A stretch of DNA of 63,653 nucleotides, counting the filler. It is 6 parts of 6 records of this genome, joined end to end, with 100 filler letters (N's around TTAATTAATTAA, not from the genome) between each part and the next. Parts side by side here need not be neighbours in the genome. Positions count along the whole stretch, not along the records: positions 27,955 to 46,993 come from SRR31147125_13470; 5 more parts are not named here. One strand, written 5' to 3'. Below, piece by piece: positions 31,829-42,406 of the stretch (position 1 is its first letter; each line of letters opens with the position of its first letter). The notes below the pieces were generated by a model, which was not told the DNA's origin, did no database searches, and worked only from the letters and a program-made list of their open reading frames with translations. A program made the position numbers and the translations under genes.

Positions 31829-33296
31829 AAGATTTAAGGCCTCAACCATGAGAGAGGCTTTAGCAGCTGTTAAATCCAAACTGGGTGAGGATGCAGTTAT
31901 CTTACATTCACGCAGTAAAGATGATGAGGTTGAAATAATTGCCGCCAGGGAAGAGGCGCAAAATACGCCTGATAGTTGGCTTGGAATGGAAAGACCCAAA
32001 GTCAAGGAATCGGCGCAAGCCACTGCTCACAAAATTAATGTGTCAACGCCGGATATAGCGGGAACTGCAGGTTTAAATGGTTCCGCGCAATATACCCGAA
32101 ATACAGGCATGCAAAGACAAAATGCAGAGGGAACCCTGACCGGGATTCAATATAAAAAAAGCGACGAGAAAAATGGGTGGGAAGAGGTGCTTTCCGCTGC
32201 CATGAAGGATCAGAGTAGCTACACAGATGAAATAATTCATTCTGTATCGGAGAAAAGTGACAAGAAAGAAAATAAAAAAGGTGAGTTAAAGGCTTCTATC
32301 GATAGCGATGAAAAGGCAAATCTTAAACAACAACAAAAGTTATGGATAAAATCTGAAAAGAAAATGCAGGAACTGCGTCAGGAAATCGCGGAATTAAAAG
32401 AAGTGTTGCTGAGACAGGAATTAGCAGATTTGAGGGAAAGAAATGAGCTATTGCAACAGGAAAAGCTTTTGCGAAAAACTAATAATTCCAGGAAAAATAC
32501 ACAAAATCGGGCTGACATATATAAAATAATATCAAAAAAATTACAGGATCGGGGTATCACGTCACGTATAGCAGATCATGTAGTTGAACATATATGGAAA
32601 AAAGCGGATTTGCAAGGACTCAGTTTGCGAACGAATACCGGTCTGCGACGATTACGTGAATTACTCAATGGTGAGATTAAAAATTTAATCAACATTGCGC
32701 CACAAAAAGATATTACAGATCAGACAATAAAAACTATTGCCTTTGTTGGCCCCAATGGCTCGGGTAAAACAACATCTTGTATCAAATTAGCTTTAAAAAA
32801 CTCATTAATTCACGATAAAAAAGTAGCTCTTATTCTTGTCAGTAAAGCTGAAGATATAACCGTAAAACATCTTGGTATGTTGGCGAGTGTGGCTAAACTA
32901 CCGATGGCTTTTGTTTCAAAACCATCAGAATTGGCTTCTTCAATAAGAGCGCATCTAGACAAGGATATTATCTTCATCGATTTTGCTATAGATGAGCAAG
33001 AAACAGTCGATTTGAAAGATTACATAAAATCGGCATCACCAAGTGAGACGCATTTAGTATTATCAGCAACCACAAAATTAGATGAGGCTAAAAAAGTGGT
33101 TAAAAAGTATGACTTTACAGGCTATAACCGTGTTTTATTCACCCATTTTGATAAGCTGAAGAAAACAGGCCATATCATTCCTCTCAGCTTAGCTGCTCAT
33201 CAGCCATTATCTTATATTGGTAATGGTCAAGTCATCCCGGATCATATTGAATCGGCAAATGCGACAAAATTAACCTATCTGATACTGAAGGGATAA
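31818..33296 (+). CDS. flhF: FlhF-like SRP GTPase with degenerate G motifs
   Basis: N-terminal F.A.TMREAL..VK..LGEDAVIL; GPNGSGKTT; SYIGNGQVIPD; position between flhA and flhG. Confidence 0.85.
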   Translation: MRVERFKASTMREALAAVKSKLGEDAVILHSRSKDDEVEIIAAREEAQNTPDSWLGMERPKVKESAQATAHKINVSTPDIAGTAGLNGSAQYTRNTGMQRQNAEGTLTGIQYKKSDEKNGWEEVLSAAMKDQSSYTDEIIHSVSEKSDKKENKKGELKASIDSDEKANLKQQQKLWIKSEKKMQELRQEIAELKEVLLRQELADLRERNELLQQEKLLRKTNNSRKNTQNRADIYKIISKKLQDRGITSRIADHVVEHIWKKADLQGLSLRTNTGLRRLRELLNGEIKNLINIAPQKDITDQTIKTIAFVGPNGSGKTTSCIKLALKNSLIHDKKVALILVSKAEDITVKHLGMLASVAKLPMAFVSKPSELASSIRAHLDKDIIFIDFAIDEQETVDLKDYIKSASPSETHLVLSATTKLDEAKKVVKKYDFTGYNRVLFTHFDKLKKTGHIIPLSLAAHQPLSYIGNGQVIPDHIESANATKLTYLILKG

Positions 33297-33299
33297 ATT

Positions 33300-34122
33300 A
33301 TGGTAAATCAGTTAAACCGCATAAAGCAGCTTGTGGAAAGTAAAACATCAAGTGATTCGAGAGTAATTGCGGTGACCAGTGGGAAAGGCGGTGTCGGAAA
33401 AACCAATATTGCAGTGAATTTAGGTATTGCTTTAGCCAGAGAGAATAAACGGGTTCTGGTCGTTGATGCCGATACAAACCTGGCAAATGTTGATGTTTTA
33501 CTTGGGATGAACCCAAAAGAATTTGATAAATTATGTTTTCGACAACTTGCCTATAGAAAACATTATTTGTCGACATGAAACCGGTATCGATATCCTGCCG
33601 AATGCTTCAGGAAATCGAATTTGGAAAGATATTGATGAGACAATAAAAACAAGTCTCATAGAAGCACTTTATCAATTAAAAATTAAATATGATTATGTGA
33701 TTTTAGATACAGCCGCCGGTTTATCACCGCTGACTTTGGACTTTGCGACTCGAGTGGACGAGGTGTTTCTTGTAACAACATCGGAACCGACAGCTATTTC
33801 CGATTCCTATGCCATGGTAAAGGTTCTTGACAGCATTAAAAAAGATATCGATATAAAACTGTTAATGAATATGGTTTCTACCACAGCAGAGGTTTCAGAT
33901 GTCTATCAAAGGCTTTCATTGGTACTGGATCATTTTTTGAATATCAGTATTGGCATTACCGGCTATATCACATTTGATCAGCATGTAAGAAAATCCATAA
34001 ACCTGCAAAAACCGTTTATGCAATTATTCCCTGAAACAGATGCATCAGAGGATATTCGAACGGTTGTGGAGAGAATTCTGGAAAATAAGGACATGGTAAA
34101 GGATCAATCCAGTACTGGATAA
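33300..34122 (+). CDS. flhG: FlhG/FleN MinD-like ATPase (frameshift ~33514-33525)
   Basis: TSGKGGVGKTN, DAD..LANVDVLLG, DTAAG, EPTAISDSYA. Confidence 0.92.
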
Positions 34123-34185
34123 TTTATTTTGACCAGTGGAAGAATGAATATCATGATTGGCTAATCAAAACGGAAGGTAACTACC

Positions 34186-34434
34186 ATGAAAGATGTGATA
34201 AGCGCCTTTAGTCTGGCTATAGGATTCACCGTATTCGGAATTTGTGCATGGCAAAATGTAAATATTGAATCAGCTGTTTTTCGTGCTCTGGTCTGTTCTG
34301 CTGCCTGTTATATTTTAGGTTATTGGGGTTGGTTTGTCGTAAAAATTCAATTAAGACAGCAAACCGATGATCCTAAAAGTTCCGGCACGACACAAGGGCA
34401 TGAACATGGCGCTAAAATGACTGCTTCTGCATAA
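34186..34434 (+). CDS. Small two-TM hypothetical protein
   Basis: Two hydrophobic helices, SD GGAAGG, lies within the operon. Confidence 0.55.
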   Translation: MKDVISAFSLAIGFTVFGICAWQNVNIESAVFRALVCSAACYILGYWGWFVVKIQLRQQTDDPKSSGTTQGHEHGAKMTASA

Positions 34435-34460
34435 GATTAAACCAGCCTTAATGGAGGATT

Positions 34461-35236
34461 TTGTTGCTACCAGACGTATTACAAAATTGGCAGAATTACA
34501 AACAAAACAAAGATGATCTGTCTCGGGAATTTTGGTGAAACATTATCAACCTCTCGTTCATTATGTTGCGAGAGGTTTCAATGGCCGTTCATCAAGAGTA
34601 CTAGAGTTTTGTGATCTTGTAAGTGCTGGAATGATGGGATTGCTGGAGGCGATAGAACGTTTTGATACCGCAAAAAAAATAAAGTTTGAAGCTTTTGCTG
34701 TGCTGCGCATTCGTGGAGCGATACTTGATAGCTTGAGACATATTGATTGGGCACCACGGTTAACCCGTAAAAAAGTTAAATCCGCTATCAAAACGATTGC
34801 CTCTTTGCAGGATAGTCTAGGTCGGAATCCTACGGAAATAGAAATTTCGAATAAATTAGGAATTAGTTTGGAAGAATATCGAAAAATATTGCAATGTATG
34901 AATTCAATGCGAATCGTTTCGTTGCAAGATGTTATGTATATTGATGAAAATGGAGAAGTAACTCGCGAACAATCTATAAATAATCGTGTACAGGATGATT
35001 TTTATAATCCACATGATTCTAAAAATTTAAAAGAATATCTTGCGGCAATTTTACAAAATTTGCCTGCAAAAGAACGGTTAGTTTTAACGCTTTATTATTA
35101 TGAAGGTTTAAATCTACTTGAAATATCTGAAATTTTGGATGTTTCAGAGTCACGTGTTTCACAATTACATGCGCAATCATTGATGAGAATAAAAAGTCAA
35201 TTTTTAAAGATAGAGACAGGTGTTGTTGACTATTAA
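34461..35236 (+). CDS. fliA: Flagellar sigma factor sigma-28 (TTG start; T-run indel at ~34529-34533)
   Basis: DLVSAGMMGLLEAIERFD, RIRGAILDSLR..DW, LYYYEGL, VSESRVSQLH; SD GGAGG at ~34453. Confidence 0.92.
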
Positions 35237-35248
35237 AAAAGGCAGAAT

Positions 35249-35577
35249 ATGTCTGCTCCAATCGATACACCACATAATATAAATATATATGTGCAGCATA
35301 CGGAAAAGGTGGTTGAGCCTCCAAAAACACAATCTGGAAATGATTCTTCTTTTCAAACCTCTATTGGATTGGAAAACAAGAATACCTCCCGAGATAAAGT
35401 GAAAAATGACTCGCAGAAAAAGAAAAAAATAAAAATAACAAGCCTGGATTGCGAGAAAAAACTAAAAAAAATGAAAATCTAGCCGATAATAACGAAGAAG
35501 TGGTATCTTCAAATGATTCTATAGATGTCAATTCAAATAAAGCCATCCTTGGCCAAAAATTAGATCTTTCTGCGTAA
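35249..35577 (+). CDS. Small hydrophilic hypothetical protein (A-run frameshift), ends AILGQKLDLSA
   Basis: Two overlapping frames; the terminal LG..LD..A motif is common in small flagellar-locus proteins. Confidence 0.45.
35463..35489 (+). promoter_or_regulatory. Sigma-28 (FliA) promoter
   Basis: Exact consensus TAAA-N15-GCCGATAA, ~220 bp upstream of cheY. Confidence 0.75.
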
Positions 35578-35708
35578 AATGATAAACTGACCATTATCAA
35601 ATTTAATTTATATTACATTTTATCAGAGACGGTACTGGTTATTTTAAGAATCTTGTGAGAGTAAATTTATTAACAGACAGAATTGCATTAAATTGTGGAG
35701 ATGGAATT

Positions 35709-36116
35709 GTGAAAATTAAAGCATTGGTGATGGATGATTCTAAGGTTATGAGGATTATGGTAATGAACTCGCTCAAGAAAACGGGCCTGGCTTCTTTTAG
35801 TTTTGTGGAGGCAAAAGATGGTGCCGAAGGTTTATCCAAATTTGATCCTAAAACAATTGATATCTGTTTTGTTGATTGGAATATGCCAAATCTGAGTGGA
35901 TTTGATTTTGTAAGAAAGGCACGAACCATCAGTGGTGCAGCAAAAACGCCGATGGTGATGATAACAAGTGAAAAAAGTATGGGGAAAATGATGGATGCAC
36001 TGGATCAGGCAGGAGCCAATGCTTACATCTGCAAACCTTTTACGATTGAAGAATTGATTCTAAAATTAGGCCCCATTTTAAAAAATTATAGTAACAACTT
36101 AATTTCACTTGTATAA
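35709..36116 (+). CDS. cheY: CheY-like response regulator
   Basis: MDDS, VDWNMP, ITSE, CKPF; GTG start after GGAG. Confidence 0.9.
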   Translation: MKIKALVMDDSKVMRIMVMNSLKKTGLASFSFVEAKDGAEGLSKFDPKTIDICFVDWNMPNLSGFDFVRKARTISGAAKTPMVMITSEKSMGKMMDALDQAGANAYICKPFTIEELILKLGPILKNYSNNLISLV

Positions 36117-36157
36117 ATATATTCGGATGATGAATATTCCCATGTGGAGAGAATGAA

Positions 36158-36685
36158 ATGCAAAAAAATGAAACGGAAGATAATGTCCTTGTATCTGAAC
36201 TTCAAGCTGAATGTCTCAAGCAATCTGTTTTATCAACCTTTTCCAGTATACTCAGTGAAGATCTAAAGTTCCTCGGATCAGACGCACAACAACTGAACAA
36301 CAAAACTGAAGGCATTATTGGAATTATTTCTTTAATTGGTGATATTGCCTGGTCAATTATGTTAGGATTGCCCAAAAAAACAGTAATCAACCTTGTACCA
36401 AAATTTACAGGATTCGACATAGAGTATGAGAGTGAGGATATGGGGGATGTAGTCGGCGAACTTGCAAACATTATTGCCGGTGATTTAGTGGCGCGCCTGG
36501 ATGAGATCGGTACAAATGTAAATATGTCATTACCTACTGTTGCCAGAGGCTCTGATCTGGAACTATTATTTCCGGACAGATTGCCTTCTATGCTTATGGG
36601 TTTTTCTACAAAAGAAGAAGATTTTTGGATTAAAGTTGCAATAGGAAAGCCTCAGAACAATCAGCGTAATTGGATTGGTAGATAA
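36158..36685 (+). CDS. cheX: CheX phosphatase
   Basis: DVVGELANIIAG (ExxN), SLPTV.RG. Confidence 0.88.
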   Translation: MQKNETEDNVLVSELQAECLKQSVLSTFSSILSEDLKFLGSDAQQLNNKTEGIIGIISLIGDIAWSIMLGLPKKTVINLVPKFTGFDIEYESEDMGDVVGELANIIAGDLVARLDEIGTNVNMSLPTVARGSDLELLFPDRLPSMLMGFSTKEEDFWIKVAIGKPQNNQRNWIGR

Positions 36686-36687
36686 CA

Positions 36688-39243
36688 ATGCAATCTAAAA
36701 ACAATGTTATGATAAAAAAGCTTAAAAAATTAAAACCAATTATCAATTTTCTTTCACCTGATGACGAAAAAACAAAAACAAAAGTTATTCAAGCATTAGA
36801 GTCAATTATTCCTATGCTCGAGGAAGATCAAAATCTGAGTGAGGATTTGTTGAATCTATGCATTCAGGTTGTCGATTCCCTCGATGAAACATCCAGGGAT
36901 CACAGTACCATGATATCCCTTATTTCTGATACCATTATAATTTTAGTGAACGCAATGAGCGCTGCACATGAACAGGACCATCAGAATGAGCTTTTAAAAG
37001 CCACAGAACAATTGAAAAATGTGCTTTCCTGTCAACAGGAGAATTACATAATGGATCAGGACAATATATTACCTCAGGCTCTTAACCATTTGTTAGCAAG
37101 ATTTGTTCAAGTGGATCCTTCCGAACACCATGATCTGCTTCAGCTAACTAACGAGCTTAAAATGATCGCTGGTAAAAATACTCTGGAACAGGTTTCTGGA
37201 TTTTTAAATGCGGCTTTAAATTATCTGGATCAGATTTTTAATGGAACAGTTGCGGATGTACAGGAACACATTGATAATGTCTCCTATTTTATAGAAAAGG
37301 CTATTCAGAACCTGGAGGGTAATAATAGTGATGAACTCGTGGATGATGATGAATCATCAGAGGATTCATCATCATATGCTGAAGAAAAGTTGAAAGAGGC
37401 ATTTGAGGATCATGATCCTGACCAATTCAGTCAGTTACCAGCTGATGCAGATGAATCATTGTTAAAAGAATTTATCATTGAATGTTTTGAATTTCTGGAT
37501 AATGCGGAAGCGGCTTTATTGACGCTTGAAACAAATCCAAAAGATTTGCAATCGATAAATACTGTTTTTAGGGCGTTTCACACCATTAAAGGCACTGCCG
37601 GATTTATTGGCTTATCATTAACATCGGAATTTGCTCATCGTGCAGAGTCCTTTTTAAGCCGTATTCGTGATGGAGAGATTAATTGCACAGGACTGGCTGC
37701 CGATTATGCCCTGCGGGCAGTGGATGTAATGAAAACGTTAACACATGGTGTGCAGAATGCCCTGGATGGAGAGAAAATTATCAAACCAGCGGAATATGAT
37801 AATCTGATGGAAATCTTGGCAAAGGATGATTTGAAAAAAATCTGCACCGAGTCTGAAGGCCCATGTGTCGACCCTGCAGAAGCAATATCAAATGATTCAC
37901 TGGAAGCGATGGAGAATAAAACAGGCGATGAGAAAAAAAAATTATACGACGATATCTCTACGCAAGACCAGTTAAAACCAATTATACATGATGTGATCGC
38001 TTTACAAAAAGAAAACAAAAAAACAAATAAAAGTACAGAGACTTTTATACGCGTTAGAACAGACAAATTAGATAGTCTTATAGATATGGTGGGTGAGCTG
38101 GTTATTGCCCATTCAATGATTGCTCAGGATGAAATTGTTACACATAATTCCAATTATGAGCTTTTGAAAAAAGTGAATCATGCTGGTAAAATAATCAGAG
38201 ATTTTCAGGATTTAAGTCTCTCAATGCGTATGATCCCGTTAAAGGGTACATTTCAAACAATGGCTCGATTGGCTCGTGATGTGTCAAAGAGAAATAAAAA
38301 ACAGATTGATTTTATCATTGTTGGAGAAGAGACAGAAATTGATAAAAATATGGTGGAATTGGTTAAAGATCCACTTATTCATATGGTTCGAAATGCCATC
38401 GATCATGGGATAGAATCGCCTGAAGATAGAGTACTCGCTGGAAAACCAGAAACCGGTTCTTTGAAATTATCTGCATTTCATTCAGGTGGTAATGTCATTA
38501 TTGAGATTGAAGACGACGGCCAAGGATTAGACAGACAAAAAATTGCATCAAAAGCTCTTTCAAAAGGATTGATTAAGGATGCAGATAATATTGATGAACA
38601 ACAAGCACTTAATCTCATTTTTGCACCGGGATTTTCAACCGCTGATAAAATAACAGAGATTTCGGGCAGAGGCGTGGGCATGGACGTCGTAAAACAAAAT
38701 ATTGAATCCATAAATGGTACTATTGATATTCGATCTAAAAAGGGGCATGGTTGCACATTTTCAATTATTATTCCTTTAACGTTAGCCATAACAGATGGTA
38801 TGCTTGTTAAAGTTGGAGCAGAGCGCTACATCATTCCAACATCAAATATGCATATGACATTACGGCCAACAAAAGAATCGCTGGCAAGTGTTGCAGGCAA
38901 AGGTGAAATGATTGTTCTGAGAGACGAATTATTACCCATGTTCAGATTGCATTCATTGTTTGATATCGAACATGCTATAACTGATCCCACGTCCGGATTG
39001 ATTGTTATCGTAGGAGATGGAGAGCGCAAATGTGCCATTTTGGTAGATGAATTATTAGGTCAGTATCAGGTGGTTGTCAAAAGCCTTGGTGTTGAAGTTG
39101 GAAAAATTAAGGGAATTTCAGGTGCAGCCATACTCGGCGATGGCCGGGTTGGTTTAATTATAGATACCTCAGAGTTGTCGCAACTGGCAAGGCAAAATTC
39201 CAAAAATGATGTTAATAAATCAAATTTTAATTCAGCCGCCTAA
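36688..39243 (+). CDS. cheA: Chemotaxis histidine kinase CheA with a long N-terminal helical extension
   Basis: Hpt FRAFHTIKG, DPLIHMVRNAIDHG, DDGQG, SGRGVGMDVV, C-terminal CheW domain. Confidence 0.96.
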   Translation: MQSKNNVMIKKLKKLKPIINFLSPDDEKTKTKVIQALESIIPMLEEDQNLSEDLLNLCIQVVDSLDETSRDHSTMISLISDTIIILVNAMSAAHEQDHQNELLKATEQLKNVLSCQQENYIMDQDNILPQALNHLLARFVQVDPSEHHDLLQLTNELKMIAGKNTLEQVSGFLNAALNYLDQIFNGTVADVQEHIDNVSYFIEKAIQNLEGNNSDELVDDDESSEDSSSYAEEKLKEAFEDHDPDQFSQLPADADESLLKEFIIECFEFLDNAEAALLTLETNPKDLQSINTVFRAFHTIKGTAGFIGLSLTSEFAHRAESFLSRIRDGEINCTGLAADYALRAVDVMKTLTHGVQNALDGEKIIKPAEYDNLMEILAKDDLKKICTESEGPCVDPAEAISNDSLEAMENKTGDEKKKLYDDISTQDQLKPIIHDVIALQKENKKTNKSTETFIRVRTDKLDSLIDMVGELVIAHSMIAQDEIVTHNSNYELLKKVNHAGKIIRDFQDLSLSMRMIPLKGTFQTMARLARDVSKRNKKQIDFIIVGEETEIDKNMVELVKDPLIHMVRNAIDHGIESPEDRVLAGKPETGSLKLSAFHSGGNVIIEIEDDGQGLDRQKIASKALSKGLIKDADNIDEQQALNLIFAPGFSTADKITEISGRGVGMDVVKQNIESINGTIDIRSKKGHGCTFSIIIPLTLAITDGMLVKVGAERYIIPTSNMHMTLRPTKESLASVAGKGEMIVLRDELLPMFRLHSLFDIEHAITDPTSGLIVIVGDGERKCAILVDELLGQYQVVVKSLGVEVGKIKGISGAAILGDGRVGLIIDTSELSQLARQNSKNDVNKSNFNSAA

Positions 39244-39274
39244 TTGCAAATGTTGAATATGTGGAGAATTTATT

Positions 39275-39828
39275 ATGAATTATTCAAATACAACTCGTTT
39301 AAATAAGCAACATTTGAATGTACAAAAAACTCTTCAGCAGGATACTGGAAAGTTTCTGACGTTTTTTTGGCCAATGAAGAATATGCAGTTGAAATATTAA
39401 AAGTTCATGAAATCATCGGGATGATGCAAACGACTCATATGCCAGGATTGTCAGATTTTATAAAGGGGTTTATTAACCTGAGAGGCAGAATTATTCCTGT
39501 CATTGATATAAGAAAAAAATTTGGAATGGAATCTATTAAAGATACAAATGAAACGTGTATTATTGTTATTCAAACCGGTGGACTTCAGATGGGAATCATT
39601 GTGGATAGAGTTTCAGAAGTATTGGATATACAGGTTGAGAACATTGAAGATATCCCCGCATTAGGTGCTAATTTAAGGACAGATTATTTTAAAGGTATTG
39701 CCAAATCCGATGATAATATAAAGCTGATCCTGGATCTGGACAAATTGCTTACCTCTGATGAGGTTTTAAATATGGAATCAGTCATTATTTCCACTAAAAG
39801 TGAAGCAATGAGTGAAAGTATTAACTGA
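39275..39828 (+). CDS. cheW: CheW (T-run indel ~39362-39368)
   Basis: GKFLTF..EEYAVEILKV.EI, GFINLRGRIIPVID, GIIVDRVSEV. Confidence 0.92.
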
Positions 39829-39899
39829 TTTGTGCTAAACTGGAAATATAAAATAATAGAGTAGTTCTCGTAGCTTTTTTATCAAATGAGTAAAAGATA

Positions 39900-40664
39900 A
39901 TGAATCGTATCATCTCTTTTTTAAATCAAAAGGGTGGCGTCGGAAAGACAACATCGGTTGCCAACATTAGCAAAGGTTTACTTAAATTGGGGCAGAAGGT
40001 ACTGGCTATAGATCTTGATCCACAAGCAAATCTTACATATTCTTTTGGTATTCAGGCTCATGAGCTCGACTCTTCTGTTTATGAGGTTCTCAAAGGCGAG
40101 TGTTCCATTACAGATGTAAGTATCGTTAAGAATGGAGTGGAAATCATTCCCGCTTCCCTTGAACTGTCAGGAGCTGAAATAGAGTTTTCAAGTATACCCG
40201 GGCGTGAATTCTTACTTTCACAAGCATTAAAAGAAATTCCCTCTGTTGATTATGTTTTGATTGATTGTCCCCCTTCTCTGGGAATTTTAACATTGAACGC
40301 ACTTACCACTGCCTCTGAAATTTGGATTCCATTACAAATGGAATTTTTACCTGTTCAGGGTATAGCAAAGCTCATACAAACGGTCGAGATTGTTAAAGAG
40401 AGACTTAATCCAAATCTCCAGATAACAGGTGTTATTTGTTCACGTTTTGATAAACGTAAGAGACTTAATAATGAAGTTGCTGACATGATAATGAACCATT
40501 TTGGTGATAATGTATTTAAAACATTTATAAGAGAAAATATAAGCATCGCAGAAGCTCCAAGTTTTGGTCAAACTATTTTTGATTACAAACCTAATAGTCG
40601 GGGAGCACAGGATTTTTTAGCTCTTTGTAGAGAAATTTTAGCACGAGGCTGTTCAAATGAGTAA
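39900..40664 (+). CDS. ParA/Soj family ATPase within the chemotaxis operon
   Basis: NQKGGVGKTT, DLDPQAN, IDCPPSLG, EAPSFG. Confidence 0.93.
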   Translation: MNRIISFLNQKGGVGKTTSVANISKGLLKLGQKVLAIDLDPQANLTYSFGIQAHELDSSVYEVLKGECSITDVSIVKNGVEIIPASLELSGAEIEFSSIPGREFLLSQALKEIPSVDYVLIDCPPSLGILTLNALTTASEIWIPLQMEFLPVQGIAKLIQTVEIVKERLNPNLQITGVICSRFDKRKRLNNEVADMIMNHFGDNVFKTFIRENISIAEAPSFGQTIFDYKPNSRGAQDFLALCREILARGCSNE

Positions 40665-41391
40665 AAAAGCAAGATTAGGATCTGATCCTCTTAGTTGGAT
40701 AAAAGACAGCAGAGCGAATAAAGAGAATGATCCGGAAAAAACAAAAAAAAATCTAACGGCTGAACCAGAAAATAAAAACCCGGATACTCCACAAGCGAGC
40801 GACTCTGATGTTTGTTTTATTGATAAAAAGTCAAATAAGGAAATTAAACCACATAATACTGCTCCACCAGAATCAACCCATATTGAAATGGCAGAAAGTC
40901 TGACGATAGCATCGGAGCATAACCGTACTTTATTAAAGAATCTAAATCAAAGTGGAAAATTTTTGACCTGTTTTCTTGATGGAGAAGAGTATGGAATTGA
41001 AATATTAAAGGTACAGGAAATAATTGGTGTTCAGCCTATAACACGAATTCCCAAAACTCCGGAATTCTTAAAAGGTGTGATAAATTTACGTGGCAGGGTT
41101 ATCCCGGTCATAGATTTAAGGAGTAAATTTAATATGCCGCCTGTTGAACATACGAATAAAACATGCATAATTGTTGTGAAATCGCAAGGTGTTACCCGAG
41201 GCGTCATAGTAGATGAAGTATCCGAAGTTATAAATATGACTGACATGGAAATTGAGGATGTCCCCAGTTTTGGTTCATCAGTTCGCATCGATTACCTACT
41301 GGGAATTGGAAAGAATGCAAATAATGTAAAACTCCTTTTAGACATTGACAAAATATTATTCAATAAAGAAATGGATCAGGTAGAGGCGTAA
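40657..41391 (+). CDS. cheW: CheW-domain protein with a ~95-aa N-terminal extension
   Basis: MSKKARLGSDPLSWIK plus a disordered linker, then GKFLTC..EEYGIEILKVQEI, GVINLRGRVIPVIDLR. Confidence 0.9.
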   Translation: MSKKARLGSDPLSWIKDSRANKENDPEKTKKNLTAEPENKNPDTPQASDSDVCFIDKKSNKEIKPHNTAPPESTHIEMAESLTIASEHNRTLLKNLNQSGKFLTCFLDGEEYGIEILKVQEIIGVQPITRIPKTPEFLKGVINLRGRVIPVIDLRSKFNMPPVEHTNKTCIIVVKSQGVTRGVIVDEVSEVINMTDMEIEDVPSFGSSVRIDYLLGIGKNANNVKLLLDIDKILFNKEMDQVEA

Positions 41392-41490
41392 ACTATAAAG
41401 ACGTAAAATAGTAGCCAGTAGCCAAAGCTTAAAACAGAAATGATGTCATAAAAAAATAAAGAATCCTTTATAAAAATATTGCAAATATAA

Positions 41491-42315
41491 ATGAGTATTG
41501 ATCAACTTTCAATCGGATTAAATAAATCGCAATTTATTAAAATCAGTCGCCTTGTCTATGAGTCTTGTGGCATAAATCTGCAGGAAAGCAAATTAAGTTT
41601 GGTTCAATCCAGACTGATGAAAAGATTACGCGAACTTGGCCTGAACAATTTTGCGCAATACATTACATTCCTGGGAGAAGATACTTCTGGTCAGGAATTT
41701 ATTACCATGATTGATATTATTACAACCAATAAAACCAGCTTTTTCAGAGAACCACAGCACTTTGATTATATCCGAAAAATTATATTACCTGATTTAAAAG
41801 AAAAAAGTAAAATTCGAGTATGGAGTGCGGGTTGCTCCTCTGGCGAAGAACCCTATTCTTTAGGGATTTTATTTAAAGAAGAATTTAACGATTATGTGAA
41901 TAAGGATATCAAAATATTGGCCACAGATATCTCTCCAAGTATGCTTAAAATAGCAAGAGATGCTATTTATGACCAGGAATTGCTCGAAGAGATACCACAT
42001 CCTTATTATATGAAATATTTCAACCGAACAGGTGGTCCGGAAACGTCATTATTTATGATTAAAAATCAAGTTAGAAATCTTGTGCGATTTGCAGGTTTGA
42101 ACCTGGTGGCAAAATGGCCAATGAAAGGGCCATTTGATTTTATATTTTGTCGCAATGTCATGATATATTTCGACAAAAAAACGCGGGAGAATTTAATTAA
42201 AAAATTTTGGCAAATATTAGCACCAGGCGGTTATCTTTTTGTTGGACATTCAGAAAGCTTGACTTCTATTGCTCACAAGTTTCATTATGTTCAACCCGCT
42301 GTTTATCGTAAATAG
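41491..42315 (+). CDS. cheR: Chemotaxis methyltransferase CheR
   Basis: TTNKTSFFRE, WSAGCSSGEEPYS, ATDIS, FCRNVMIYFD, GHSESL. Confidence 0.97.
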   Translation: MSIDQLSIGLNKSQFIKISRLVYESCGINLQESKLSLVQSRLMKRLRELGLNNFAQYITFLGEDTSGQEFITMIDIITTNKTSFFREPQHFDYIRKIILPDLKEKSKIRVWSAGCSSGEEPYSLGILFKEEFNDYVNKDIKILATDISPSMLKIARDAIYDQELLEEIPHPYYMKYFNRTGGPETSLFMIKNQVRNLVRFAGLNLVAKWPMKGPFDFIFCRNVMIYFDKKTRENLIKKFWQILAPGGYLFVGHSESLTSIAHKFHYVQPAVYRK

Positions 42316-42406
42316 GTAGAGCTGATCTGTGAACCAGAAATAGTATTTTTCTCATGAAATACGCCTGGAGCACCAGGGAAACCGAATTCAATTACGAGAT
42401 GTTGAT

